From positions 160,001-224,000 of the forward strand of contig CAVOKF010000008.1 in assembly GCA_963696385.1 (NCBI GenBank): a stretch of DNA of 64,000 nt, given 5' to 3'. A model generated the notes under the pieces. That model had not been told where the DNA came from and ran no database searches. It saw only the letters and a list, made by a program, of their open reading frames with translations. This DNA is from an uncultured delta proteobacterium. Its GTDB lineage: Bacteria; Myxococcota_A; Polyangia; Polyangiales; Polyangiaceae. A program made the translations under genes and the position numbers. Positions 37,829-48,000 of this stretch are shown piece by piece (within the stretch, counting starts at the first letter, position 1; each line of letters opens with the position of its first letter).

Positions 37829-39031
37829 TCAGAGGGCCCCGTCCATCATCGGAGGAGGATCGGTCCCCGGGTCGTTCTCCTGCTCAACGGCCTCGACCGG
37901 GATGCGCACGCGAGCGGCGTGGACGCGGCGGTCGAGCTCGACTCGCCAGAACGAAGGCGCGTCGCCGCTCTTGCATCCGAGCGTCATGGAAGGAGCCGCG
38001 AGAAGCTCGAAGTCGCGCCCTGCCGGGTGACGCCGCTCGCTGATGTGGCGATGCCCGTGCATGACGAGCGTGGCGCCCGCCTCGGCGAGCACCTCGGCGA
38101 AGGCGCTCGCGTCGTCGAGCCGCATCCCGATTTCGGTGGGTGCCCGCTTTCCGACGCCCAGAGCCAGCGGGATGACGTGGTGATGGAACAGCACGATGCG
38201 GTGCCGAGCGCCGAGCCATTCCTTGGTTTTCGCGAGGTCGCGCAACCAATCGAGCTGGGCCGGACCAATCGCTCCGTTTTGTCGGAAGAACGTCCGCTGA
38301 CGGCGCGCGCAGGAGTCGAGGCCGACCAGAATCGCATCGGCCTCTTCGAGCGATTGCTTCCAGGCGCCGCACGCATGGATGGCGAGCCCGGCGCGTTCGG
38401 CGACCTGGCGCCATCGCGCGCGCTTGATCTCATGGGTCGGCCGCGGCCGAGCGCTGCTCGCGATCGGAAACAAGTACAGGTCGTGATTGCCCGGAATGAG
38501 AAACAATCGGCCGCGATCCCGCCAGCGCGCGAACGCGCCTTCGACGAGCTCCCAGCCCTCCCCGTCGTCGGTGCAGTCGCCGGTGACCACCACGGCGTCG
38601 ACCTGGCTGTCGGCGACGGCGCGTGCACCCCTGAGGCACCTCAGATTGGCATTGTGCGGGGTCGTTTCGAGCATCGACGCCAGCGCCCCTTCCGTCGGCG
38701 GATCGCGCACGAGGGTCTGGGCTCGCCGTTGCTCCAAGCGGCAGGCCTTCGCCGCCGCGCGTTCGACAGGATCGAGGAGTCCGCCGCTGTCTTTGGCGCT
38801 CGGTACAGGGTGGGAGTAGCCTTCGGGGTCGACGAGCACGACGTCCGATCGCTTCTTGCTGCGCTCCCGCAGCACGCGCCAGCTGGCCTCCTCCCAACAC
38901 GGTTCGAAGTGCGCCTCGCTCGTGTCGACGATCCGAGCACTGCGCTTGACCAGTCGTGCACGGTCGTGAAGCGTGTCGCCGAACGTCGACACGTGCAGAT
39001 CGGAAACGTGGGCGAGGGTGAACGCAGGCAT
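37829..39031 (-). CDS. Calcineurin-like metallophosphoesterase with a large insertion
   Basis: SDLH, TGDCTD, PGNHD, FHHH, HGHRH motifs. Confidence 0.88.
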   Translation of the reverse strand: MPAFTLAHVSDLHVSTFGDTLHDRARLVKRSARIVDTSEAHFEPCWEEASWRVLRERSKKRSDVVLVDPEGYSHPVPSAKDSGGLLDPVERAAAKACRLEQRRAQTLVRDPPTEGALASMLETTPHNANLRCLRGARAVADSQVDAVVVTGDCTDDGEGWELVEGAFARWRDRGRLFLIPGNHDLYLFPIASSARPRPTHEIKRARWRQVAERAGLAIHACGAWKQSLEEADAILVGLDSCARRQRTFFRQNGAIGPAQLDWLRDLAKTKEWLGARHRIVLFHHHVIPLALGVGKRAPTEIGMRLDDASAFAEVLAEAGATLVMHGHRHISERRHPAGRDFELLAAPSMTLGCKSGDAPSFWRVELDRRVHAARVRIPVEAVEQENDPGTDPPPMMDGAL

Positions 39032-39068
39032 CCCGGGATTGGGGGCACACTGGACGCGGACTGCGTCG

Positions 39069-39551
39069 TCACATTCCGCTGATGATCTTGAAGGACTCTC
39101 CGTCGCGAACGAGATCGAGCCGATTGTCCGCCACCTGGTGGTGCCACTCGTCGCCTTTGGATCCCGGCAACTTCCAAGCGGCTGCGTAGGTGTAATCCAC
39201 GAAAATGTGATTCGTCTCGGTTAGGGTGACGCGACGGTAGCGTATCTCGTAGCGAATGCCGGTCGTTTTCAGGAAGGGGCCGGTCAGAAACTCGCGGATG
39301 CGATCGTAGTCCGCGTCGTCTTCGGACTTCGTGTTGCCGCCGTCCTCGAAATAGGCGGGGCTCATCAGCTTGAGCAGCTCGCCGACATTTCGGTCCTCGA
39401 GCGCGTGTCGATACTTCTCGCAGAACAGGATGATGCCCCGGTTTTCTCCGTTGTCCTCGACGTCGGTGTTCGGAATGAACGGCTTCGAACAGCCGACGCT
39501 CGCGATCGCGAGGACCCATACGAGGGCAAAGCGTGAGCAAATCCGCGGCAT
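39069..39551 (-). CDS. Hypothetical lipoprotein (possible NTF2/SnoaL-like fold)
   Basis: SVGC lipobox; YRHALEDRNV..L..LMSPAYFE; C-terminal FKIISGM; start uncertain. Confidence 0.7.
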   Translation of the reverse strand: MPRICSRFALVWVLAIASVGCSKPFIPNTDVEDNGENRGIILFCEKYRHALEDRNVGELLKLMSPAYFEDGGNTKSEDDADYDRIREFLTGPFLKTTGIRYEIRYRRVTLTETNHIFVDYTYAAAWKLPGSKGDEWHHQVADNRLDLVRDGESFKIISGM

Positions 39552-39717
39552 GGGACCGAACCAGGCCGAGGAGAGCAACTTACGGGCCGAGGCCGTCCGA
39601 GTTCGCTCGTGGCTCATTTTTGTCGGCATCCGAGGCAATCCTGGCCGCGCTGACCGAGGGGGAACGTTGTCATGTTGTCAGGCGGCACCGCGACGTGTAG
39701 GCGGCGCTGTCGAACTG

Positions 39718-41611
39718 TCAAATGGGCTCGATCACCACGCGCGCGCTCACATCGGGGGGAGCCCCGCAAACGAGCTCCCGAGGGGCAACGGCCCCCACGA
39801 GGGGTAGGAGGGCGGCGTGGCCGGGCGCGATTGGCCCGCGTGGTTCGACCCCGCGACCCAACGCCATCGCGCCGACACGGCCGCGCGGTCCCGTCGTGCG
39901 ATCGGCCGTGAGAAGGACCGCCACGGCACCCGAGCGCAGATCACCGGCCAGCTCCCGCGTGATGGGTCCGGCATCGTCGACGGCCAGGATGATCATCCGG
40001 TCGGCGTCACCTGCTTGGAGCAACACAGCCCCGCAAGCGAACGCCTCGATCGCGGCGTGGAGTCCGCCGCCGACCGCGAACGTCGGCCCGGTCAAACCGA
40101 ACGCGATGGAGCATTCGCCCGCAACGGCATTCGGGGACGTATACGGAAAGCGGCGGGGCTCCGCCGCGAGCGCCCCCCGGTCCCGCAGGCGCGCCGCAAA
40201 AAGGGCGTTCGTCTCAACCGTCGCAAGCGCCGTGCCCACGACGAGACCACATCCTTCGAGCGACCCGCACACGGCCGCGAGTCGGGCGATCGCCGCGAGC
40301 GCCAAACGCACGAGCGCGTCGCCTCGGGCAAGCCGCTCCGCTGGCCAGCGAATCTGCGTGGCCAGATCGTCCAGGGCCGGCTCTCGTTCGACATGAGCGG
40401 CCGCCCCCACGAAGGCGTCGCGACGGTCGGCGCCTCGGTCCGACATTCGGACTTCACCGCGGGTGACGACCAGCGCCGCGTTGGCTCCCCCGAATGCGGA
40501 CGAGACCTTGAGCGCGGCCTGGGGCGTCGCAGGCATGGTGCGATCGAGAAGGAGCGCGGGGGCATCGGGATCGACCTCGCCCTCCCCTGCGGATGCGGGC
40601 AGAACGCAGCGGTCGATCGCGTCGACGCACGCGAGGAGTTCGAGCGCGCCCGCGGCGCCGAGCGCGTGGCCGATCTGGGCCTTGAACGGATGGACGACGA
40701 CTTCGCGCGAGCGCTTCGAGCCGAGAGCCGCGGCGAGCCCTCGGAATTCGGAGACGTCGTTGAGAAGCGTGGCCGTGGCGTGTGCGCTCACCAGATCGAC
40801 GACCGGGTCCCCGGCTTCGCCCAGCGCCCGCTTGGCCGCGCGCGCGAGCGCCCGGCCGTCCCGATCGGGCGCTGTCAAGTGCACGGCATCGGATGCGGCC
40901 GCGAAGCCCGAAACGAAGGCCCGAGCCGGACCGCTGGACGCCCGCGCGAGCGCCACTATGGCGGCACCCTCCCCCAAGGCCATGCCATCGCGCGCAAGGC
41001 GGAACGGACGCGGGGGCGGCGACCCGGTCGTCGCGCGGAGCGCTTCGAAGCCCGCGGCGACGAATACGGTGACTTCATCGAAACCGCCGGCAAGGACGAC
41101 ATCGCATCCGCCCCGATTCGATCCATCGCTTCGCGAGACCCACGGCCAGCGACCCGGAGGCGCAGGCGCCAAGCACCAGGACGGAGGGATCGAGCGAAAC
41201 TCGCAGCCGTCGCGCGGCTCGCGCCATCGGCCCGAAGTACGTCGGAGCCTCGACGTCGGGGATGCGTTCGTGTCGCGCGATCGCGTCGAACGCACGCTGT
41301 GCGGCGCGCATGCCTCCGCTGGAGGTGCCGACAACGAGGCCGACGCGTTGGCGCCGCCAATTCGGACGGACGACATCGAGGTCGGCGGCACACGAGTCCA
41401 AGGCGTATGCGAGCAAATCGGTCGCCCGGTCTTCGCTCGCCGCCATCGCCGCCCGCGCGGCAAATGGCCGTCCGAGACCGGCTTGCGCGAGTTCGGCATC
41501 GAGCCCGATCGCCACCGCCGCAGTTTCACCCGCCTCGCCGGCTCGAAATGCGGCGCGTCCCGCACCGAGCGCCGAGATCGCCCCGAACGCGACGATCGCG
41601 ACCGAACTCAC
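39718..41611 (-). CDS. Beta-ketoacyl-ACP synthase fused to an inactive chain-length-factor-like domain; +1 frameshift near 41117
   Basis: GTSSGG and GACASG (catalytic Cys) in the upstream frame; LAGGFDE, RPF, LGEGA, SAHATAT, KAQIGHALGAAG, SAFGGAN; second domain FPYTSPNAVAG lacks the Cys. Confidence 0.88.
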
Positions 41612-42345
41612 GTGCCACCGCGATCGGGATCCTCGAACGCCTCGGGGGTCGGACCCGTGGCGCCGACGGACTCGACGTCGACATTCACCCGCAAGCCCGT
41701 CGTTTCGTCCGCGTACTGGACATGGTCGCCGGCTGCGGCGCCGGGCGAGGAGTTCGTCGCCTCGCATTCGTCCATCTCCTCGACCCGACCGTGCGCACGC
41801 CTCGTTGCCGTGATGCTGCGCTTGTGTCCTTCATCGCATCGCGCAAGACGCAGATCGACGATCGCGGCCCCGTCGCGCAAGAGAAAGCGGTCGCCGTCGG
41901 GGGCCGTCGCGGCTGCGAATGCGCTTCCGGCGAACGGGACGACGAACCGCCAGCGCAAGAATCCGACCGGCAGCCCCATCGGATCGTCGGCACCGCCACG
42001 CCGGACGATTTGCAGCGGGGGCACGGCGACGCGCCACTGCTCCCGAGTCACCCACGCGTCAAGCACCGTTGCTCCCGCCCCGCCGATCAGAATCATGCGC
42101 ACGGCCCGACCGGGGGCAACGGCCATGGCGCCGCGTCCGTCGACCCAACGGCCGCTCTTGGGATCGCGCAACATCGTCGCAATCGTGGCCACGTACGGGG
42201 TCGTGGGCACCGACGATCGGAGAAGATCGAGCCGCGCGACGGCACCCGGCCATTGGGCTGCCGTCGGGTGAATCCACGAGACGGGCGAGCGCGGCGCGCA
42301 CGACGCGATCAGGCCGAGCGTCAGGGAAAGACACGATCCGCGCAT
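41608..42345 (-). CDS. Hypothetical lipoprotein (possibly LolB/LolA-like beta fold) within the KS operon
   Basis: IASC lipobox; beta-strand-rich; stop overlaps the downstream KS start (GTGA). Confidence 0.6.
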   Translation of the reverse strand: MRGSCLSLTLGLIASCAPRSPVSWIHPTAAQWPGAVARLDLLRSSVPTTPYVATIATMLRDPKSGRWVDGRGAMAVAPGRAVRMILIGGAGATVLDAWVTREQWRVAVPPLQIVRRGGADDPMGLPVGFLRWRFVVPFAGSAFAAATAPDGDRFLLRDGAAIVDLRLARCDEGHKRSITATRRAHGRVEEMDECEATNSSPGAAAGDHVQYADETTGLRVNVDVESVGATGPTPEAFEDPDRGGT

Positions 42346-42364
42346 GGACAGCCGCGCCTGCCTC

Positions 42365-44650
42365 TCACGCCGCGGCGAGCACAATGGCGTAGCCACGGCC
42401 CCGCTCGAGCCCGAGGACGAGCGCCTCCGGCGCCCGCCCCGTTCCGACGCGCGCCGCAGCGATCGCGATGGCCACCGCCCCCAACGCGCCATTTTCACCC
42501 AACCGGTCCGCACACGAAACTCGGGGTTGATCCCCCCAACCGGTTCGCGCAAGGAAGGCGTCGACAGCCGGGCTCGATCGGGCCACGACAACCTCGGCAC
42601 GATCGGCCGTCGGGGGGCGAACCGCACCGGCGGAGCCGCTGCCGTCGCCGCGCCATTGGAGCCTCTGCGCCACGTGCGCGAGAATGGGGGCGCCCCGGCC
42701 GCGAGCGGCGGCGGCCGTCTCGATGGCGATCGCCGCGGCCAGATCGCTCCGGCTCGGCCCTGCCGCCTGCAACGCCGCGTCCGAGCAGAGGGGCGAGAGC
42801 ACTCGCCGGACGATATCGCCGCCCGGCTCGGAGGCCACCACCACGACTCGCGCCGACTCTGCGCCTTCGACGAGCTCGACCGCCTGGGCAAACGCACAGT
42901 CCGCGCTCGCCGCCAGATCGGCCACGGCAAACGCGGGACCGCGCATCCCCAGGTAAATGGACACGTGGCCGACGGCGGAACTCGGCACCAGGTTGGGGAA
43001 TTCCGAGGGGCTCGCGGCGCGCGGCCCTTTTTGAAAGACGCGGTAAAGAAACGCCGCCGATGCGTCCGCGGCGCCGAACGCGCTGCCGAGGACCACGCCG
43101 CTGCCCGCCGCGGTCGCGCGGGCATCCCGCAAGGCATGTTCGACCGCCAGAGTGGCGAGTTTGGACGTGCGATCGAGCCGACGAGCGCGAGCCGCATCGA
43201 GATGGGTGTCCGGGTCCACGGCGGCGGCGCCGATGCGGCGTCCCGAAAGCAGATCGGCGCAACCTTCGGCCCCCATCGAACCCGCCGAGCCCACGACCGA
43301 GACGCCCGTTACGACCGAAGCGCAGCCCGACGGTGCCGGCCGATCGCCCACGCGGGACACGGGTGCGGCCGGCGGGTCGCAGACGCCCGTGGCGATAGAA
43401 GCGCAGCCCAACGGTACCGGCCGATTGCCCACGCCGGACACGGGTGCGGGCGGGTCGCACGGGGTGAACACCAGGACCGTGGCCAGCCCGCCAAAGCCGA
43501 ATGCGTTGGACAGCGCTGCGCGGACGCGGGCCACCTCCCGCCCGACGTGCGGGACGTGAAGCAGGTCGATCGAGGGGTCCGGCTCATCGAGCCCAGCGGT
43601 CGGCACGAGAGTCTTCCGGGATACGACGAGCGCCGTGACGACCGCTTCGATGCCCCCCGCTGCACCCAGCGTATGCCCGATTTGACCTTTGCTGCTTGAG
43701 ACCGGAATGCGGGCCAGATCGCTGCCTAAGGCGCGTTTGAGCGCGGCGCACTCCATCGAGTCGTTCGCGGGTGTGCCCGTACCATGTGCGTTGACGTAGT
43801 CGATCTCCGAGGGGGAAATGCCCGCGCGCTCGATCGCCCGCTCGATGAGCTTCGCGACGACTTCGCCGTGCGGATCGGGGTCCGTGATGTGGTGGGCTTC
43901 GGAGCCCATGGCCCACCCGGCGAGCTCTGCAATGGGCGCAGCGCCGCGCGCCTTCGCGTCCTCGGCGCGCTCGAGCACGAGGAACCCGGCGCCCTCACCG
44001 AGGCTCGTCCCGCGCCGCCGCCGATCGAACGGCCTGCACGGCACCCGATCGAGGGCACCGAGCGAGTTGAACCCCGTGAACGTGAGCCGGCAGAGCCCAT
44101 CGCTGCCTCCCGCGACGACGGCGTCGACCTGTCCGGACAGCAGCCAAGCCGCCCCGACGGCAATGGCATTCGCTCCGCTCGAACACGCGCTTGCGAGCGT
44201 GCGGACGCGAGCAAAGGGCCCCCATCGCTCGTCGACCCGGTCGCCGGTGGCCGTCATCGGATGCGAGAGCATCGCCAAGGGCACGTCGCGCCCATCGAGA
44301 TGCGCGTGGAATTGGGCCAGCAGATGTTCGGTCTCGAACATTCCGCTCGTCGTTCCGCCCACCACCAGCCCCACGACCGCGTCGGTTGCCCTGAGCCTCG
44401 CCATCGTCATGGCTTCTGCAACCGCGGCGAGCGCCATCGCACTCGTACGAGACCACGCCCCGGGAGGATGGATCGGCGTGACAATCCCATCGACTTCGGC
44501 AGCCCAATCCGATCGCTGTCCGGAGACGTCGAAGAGTTGCACGGGGCGAATCGCGCGATCGCCTCGGACGAGTCGGGACCAGGTCTTTTCGAGACCGACG
44601 CCGAGCGGCGTTACGGTCCCGAGCCCGGTCACCCACAAGCGTGGCTTCAC
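42365..44650 (-). CDS. FabF-like beta-ketoacyl-ACP synthase fused to an inactive chain-length-factor-like domain
   Basis: VTGLG, SACSSG, CRPFD, LGEGAG, NAHGTGT, KGQIGHTLGAAG, NAFGFGG; second domain RRLDR...FPNLVPS...GPAFAVADLAAS with no catalytic Cys. Confidence 0.92.
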   Translation of the reverse strand: MKPRLWVTGLGTVTPLGVGLEKTWSRLVRGDRAIRPVQLFDVSGQRSDWAAEVDGIVTPIHPPGAWSRTSAMALAAVAEAMTMARLRATDAVVGLVVGGTTSGMFETEHLLAQFHAHLDGRDVPLAMLSHPMTATGDRVDERWGPFARVRTLASACSSGANAIAVGAAWLLSGQVDAVVAGGSDGLCRLTFTGFNSLGALDRVPCRPFDRRRRGTSLGEGAGFLVLERAEDAKARGAAPIAELAGWAMGSEAHHITDPDPHGEVVAKLIERAIERAGISPSEIDYVNAHGTGTPANDSMECAALKRALGSDLARIPVSSSKGQIGHTLGAAGGIEAVVTALVVSRKTLVPTAGLDEPDPSIDLLHVPHVGREVARVRAALSNAFGFGGLATVLVFTPCDPPAPVSGVGNRPVPLGCASIATGVCDPPAAPVSRVGDRPAPSGCASVVTGVSVVGSAGSMGAEGCADLLSGRRIGAAAVDPDTHLDAARARRLDRTSKLATLAVEHALRDARATAAGSGVVLGSAFGAADASAAFLYRVFQKGPRAASPSEFPNLVPSSAVGHVSIYLGMRGPAFAVADLAASADCAFAQAVELVEGAESARVVVVASEPGGDIVRRVLSPLCSDAALQAAGPSRSDLAAAIAIETAAAARGRGAPILAHVAQRLQWRGDGSGSAGAVRPPTADRAEVVVARSSPAVDAFLARTGWGDQPRVSCADRLGENGALGAVAIAIAAARVGTGRAPEALVLGLERGRGYAIVLAAA

Positions 44651-44910
44651 GCGGTGCGCACCTTGGCGACATGGTCGGCGATGGTTCGCACGCTGCGGAA
44701 GACTTCGCGCGCTTCCTCCCCTTCCGGCAGCCGCACCCCGAGCCTCTCCTCGATCGACATCGCGAGCTGCAACGCGTCGAGGGAGTCGAGCCCGAGACCG
44801 CCGCCAAAGAGCGGCGCCTCGTCTTCGATCGTGTCGGGGTCACGCCCTTTGAGGTTGAGCTCCGTCACGATGAGGCGCTTGATTTCAGCGCGCAGATGAG
44901 CCGAGTCCAT
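44647..44910 (-). CDS. Acyl carrier protein (aryl-polyene/type II PKS-like)
   Basis: PLFGGGLGLDSLDALQL phosphopantetheine site; stop overlaps the KS start. Confidence 0.93.
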   Translation of the reverse strand: MDSAHLRAEIKRLIVTELNLKGRDPDTIEDEAPLFGGGLGLDSLDALQLAMSIEERLGVRLPEGEEAREVFRSVRTIADHVAKVRTA

Positions 44911-45509
44911 TCGTAACCTGCGCTCATAGCATAGGCCCCGTAGGGTCGGAGGATCCCGAATGGCGCCGCCCCCCCCCGGGGCGTCGCGTCCGGTCGCGTC
45001 CCGCCCGCATCGCGTCGCGATCGGCGGGTCATGTCCTTCGACGGCGGGGTCGAAGAGCTCAGGACGTCCCACCGCTTGCCCCCCCGTCCGCGTCCCGCCG
45101 GGATCGTTCAGGACCTTGGGCCCCGGGCACGCGCCGGTTAGACGCTCACGAGCTCCCACGGAGCCATCAGAATCCTGCGGAATGCGCTTGAGCGGGCGCG
45201 GTTCGATGGGTCCGATCGGGGCCCCTTTGAGTTGGATCTCCAGTCGTTCCTCGAGGCGTCGTGCGGCGACTCCGATGCCGATGCCGGCGGTCGTCTGAAC
45301 CAAAAGCGCCGTGCAGGCCCAGAGCGCCACGGCCACTGCGACGCGCGCCGCATGTGAACCCGATTTGCGCCGCATCGTAAATAAGTCTAAGACGCCAACG
45401 TCGAGACGCCAGCGTGACAATGGGTCGCGGGGCCCGCTCCCGACAATTCAGCTCGGGTCTCCGGCGCTTGAGATGGGCGGTTCCGGGTCCGTGCGTTGGA
45501 GCCGGCGAG

Positions 45510-46304
45510 ATGGGGACGCTCGTGAATTACGCCACGGACAAGGGTGTCGCGCTGCTCACGCTGAGCGATCCTCCCGACAATGCGTACACGCACGAAAGCA
45601 TCAAGGAGCTCGATGCCTGCATCCTGGAAGCTCGGTTCGACGACGACATCCACGTCGTCGTCCTCACCGGTCAGGGGGACAAGTACTTTTCAGCAGGCGC
45701 CAGCGCGAACATGCTCAAAGAGGCCGACGAGAGCTTCCAGTATTACTTCTTCCTCCACGCCGGCGAAACCTTCCTCCGGTTCGAGAACACGCCCAAGCTC
45801 GTCATCGCGGCCATCAATGGCCACTGCCTGGGCGGGGGCCTCGAGCTCGCGTTGTCGTGCGATTTACGCGTAGCCCGTCAAGGAGCGTTCCAGATCGGTG
45901 TGCCCGACCTCGAACTCGGGTTGTCGCCGGGCGCGGGGGGAACCCAGCGGCTCGCGCGCCTGGTCGGAAAGGCCCGCGCCATCGAGCTCTTGGTCGAAGC
46001 GAAGAGGCTGTCGGTCGACGAAGCCCTCACGGCCGGCATCGTGCACAAAGTCTGGGAAAGCGAGACGAGCGATTCTTTCGTCCGGCGCGCGGTCGATTAC
46101 GCCCACGAGTTCTGCCCGCCCGGGCGTGCGGCGATCGCCGTGGGGCAGATCAAACGGGCCGTCCAGAGCGGCGCCGAGTCGAGCCTCGAACAGGGACTGG
46201 CGATCGAGCGAGAGCTGCAGCAGCGCGTCTTCGGAACCCACGACGTTCGCGAGGGCCTTGCGGCATTCATTCACAAACGAAAGCCGACGTTCCAGGCCCG
46301 GTGA
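45510..46304 (+). CDS. Enoyl-CoA hydratase/isomerase family protein
   Basis: [52 protein letters not shown]. Confidence 0.92.
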   Translation: MGTLVNYATDKGVALLTLSDPPDNAYTHESIKELDACILEARFDDDIHVVVLTGQGDKYFSAGASANMLKEADESFQYYFFLHAGETFLRFENTPKLVIAAINGHCLGGGLELALSCDLRVARQGAFQIGVPDLELGLSPGAGGTQRLARLVGKARAIELLVEAKRLSVDEALTAGIVHKVWESETSDSFVRRAVDYAHEFCPPGRAAIAVGQIKRAVQSGAESSLEQGLAIERELQQRVFGTHDVREGLAAFIHKRKPTFQAR

Positions 46305-46308
46305 GATT

Positions 46309-46500
46309 GGGACGGGGTCGCGGGTTGGGGTCGAGGTCGAGGGTTAGGTCGGGGTCGAGGTAGTCGAGGTCGAGGTCGGGGTTAGGTCGGGGTCGAGGTT
46401 GTCGAGGTCGAGGGTTAGGTCGGGGTCGAGGTTGTCGAGGTCGGGGTCGGGGTCGAGGGTCGCGGTTGCGTTGGGGTTTTTGGGGTCGCGGGGTTGGGGC
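46309..46500. repeat. G-rich low-complexity array (GGGGTCGAGGT-based) at a convergent junction
   Basis: GGGTTAGGTCGGGGTCGAGGT(A/T)GTCGAGGTCG x3 plus degenerate units. Confidence 0.9.
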
Positions 46501-46503
46501 CGA

Positions 46504-47994
46504 TCAGCCGGCGCGCGCGAAGAGGCGCGCGTAGTGGTCGGCGATGGCGTCTCCACCGAGTTGGGAAAAGAACGTGGAGTACGCCATCCAGATGGCGAGC
46601 CCGTTGACGTCCCGGAACATCGCGGGCAGGTAGTAGGGCGGTCGGACTATGCCGTCGGCGATGTGACGGGCCAGTACGGGGATGTCCTCGTGCGCCACTT
46701 TGCCGACGAAGAGCAACGGAACGAGATCGACGCGGTCGTGCTGTATCGCGCTACGGATGAACGCGTAGTTGAGCACGATGCCTTTGCAGTAGCAGGCGTC
46801 CTTCGTAAAGGGAGCTCCTCCGTCGATGACTCCGCCGCGGAAGATTCGCCGGGTGTTGTTGAAGCATTCGGGCTCGTCGTAACCCTCGGTACGAAACCAC
46901 TCGAACACGTCGAGGAAGCTCGCGCCGTCCTCGGCCTTGTCCACGGCCAAAACGCGGTCGTTCAGTCGACGCGCGCGACGAGGATGGGTGCGAAACGTGA
47001 ACATCTCCATCAACGCCGCGAGACCCTCCTGCACGGCGGCGGTTCGCGGCGGGCCTTTGGCGAGCCACTTCGCGACCGGCTGAGCCTGGCCGTTGAGCGA
47101 CGTCGCGACGTGCACCCACCCCTCGTGGACCTCGAGGACGTCGATGTCGCGCGGGCTGAACTTCGCCCCCGTTCGAACCTTCACATAGTCGCTACCGGCC
47201 GCCGCGTCGGCCAGTATGCCGTCGTCGGCCTCCACCCGAACGTGCGCGTGCCCGAAGAAAGCGGCCAGCCGTTCACCGAGCTGCCGCGCCGCTTCGGTCG
47301 CATCGATCGTACGCGAATAGGCGAGGCGCCCTGCGCCTTCCCGTTCGTCGACGCTCGTCAGGATGCCGTACAGCAGCCGGCCCAGATCGCGAACGGTCGA
47401 TCGTCCGTCGGGAAATGTGTCCTTGGGCGAGCCGTACAGCTTTCGTGACGCAGCATAAAAGGCCGGCGTGCCGCGCGCCGTCAGCATGCGCACGACGTCG
47501 CGGTACTCGAGCGCCGTGGTGAGCATGATCGCACCGACCGCATCGCTGTCGCCGAGCTCCTTGTCGATGTCGCTCGCGATGGCTTCGAATTCTTCGATCT
47601 TGGCGCGCGGCTCGAACCCGAGGTCGACGTTCTCGTAGTAGGCGACGTCGACCTTGGGCGGCACCCGGGGCCGACTCTTGAAAAAATGGTCCTCAACCGA
47701 ATCGTCCCAGCGGAGCGCCTGAAGGACGCGAATGGGCTTCTGCGCGTCGACGATGCGATCGGCCAGACGAGCGATGATCTCCTTGTGACTGCGCCAGGGT
47801 CCGACCGTTGAGGGGGGGGCCGGCACCGCGACGCCGACCAATGACGGCAGATCGTCCTTGCCGCCGATCCCCGAGCCGACCGGACGCGGTCCGTTGCGTA
47901 GCGCGACGGCGCCGTCCGGAGTCCTCCGCTCTTCGATCCTTTCGAGAGCGGCCGGGTCCTCGGGCTCCTTCGCGCGGCGCTCGGCCATGGGCAA
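46504..47994 (-). CDS. DUF1704/QEGLA-motif zinc metallopeptidase-like protein (MATCAP-related)
   Basis: VHEGWVH, VQEGLAALME, RIFRGG, FTKD..Y..G, LFVGKV. Confidence 0.88.
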   Translation of the reverse strand: MPMAERRAKEPEDPAALERIEERRTPDGAVALRNGPRPVGSGIGGKDDLPSLVGVAVPAPPSTVGPWRSHKEIIARLADRIVDAQKPIRVLQALRWDDSVEDHFFKSRPRVPPKVDVAYYENVDLGFEPRAKIEEFEAIASDIDKELGDSDAVGAIMLTTALEYRDVVRMLTARGTPAFYAASRKLYGSPKDTFPDGRSTVRDLGRLLYGILTSVDEREGAGRLAYSRTIDATEAARQLGERLAAFFGHAHVRVEADDGILADAAAGSDYVKVRTGAKFSPRDIDVLEVHEGWVHVATSLNGQAQPVAKWLAKGPPRTAAVQEGLAALMEMFTFRTHPRRARRLNDRVLAVDKAEDGASFLDVFEWFRTEGYDEPECFNNTRRIFRGGVIDGGAPFTKDACYCKGIVLNYAFIRSAIQHDRVDLVPLLFVGKVAHEDIPVLARHIADGIVRPPYYLPAMFRDVNGLAIWMAYSTFFSQLGGDAIADHYARLFARAG

Positions 47995-48000
47995 TGCGTA

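Noticed and set aside
39817..43398. 1193-aa plus-strand ORF and similar long ORFs (7214-9883, 12045-13937, 36821-39082, 56056-57972)
   Set aside because: Arg/Pro/Gly-rich shadow frames overlapping well-supported genes, as expected at high GC; no recognisable motifs.
44911..45420. Long N-terminal extension fused to the ACP
   Set aside because: The ACP domain starts cleanly at ATG 44910. The open upstream frame crosses a C9 run at 44969-44977 and may be a separate small gene or non-coding; I cannot support a call.
46340..46420. Telomere-like GGGTTAGG repeats
   Set aside because: Only three occurrences inside a larger GGTCGA-based array at an internal site; not (TTAGGG)n.
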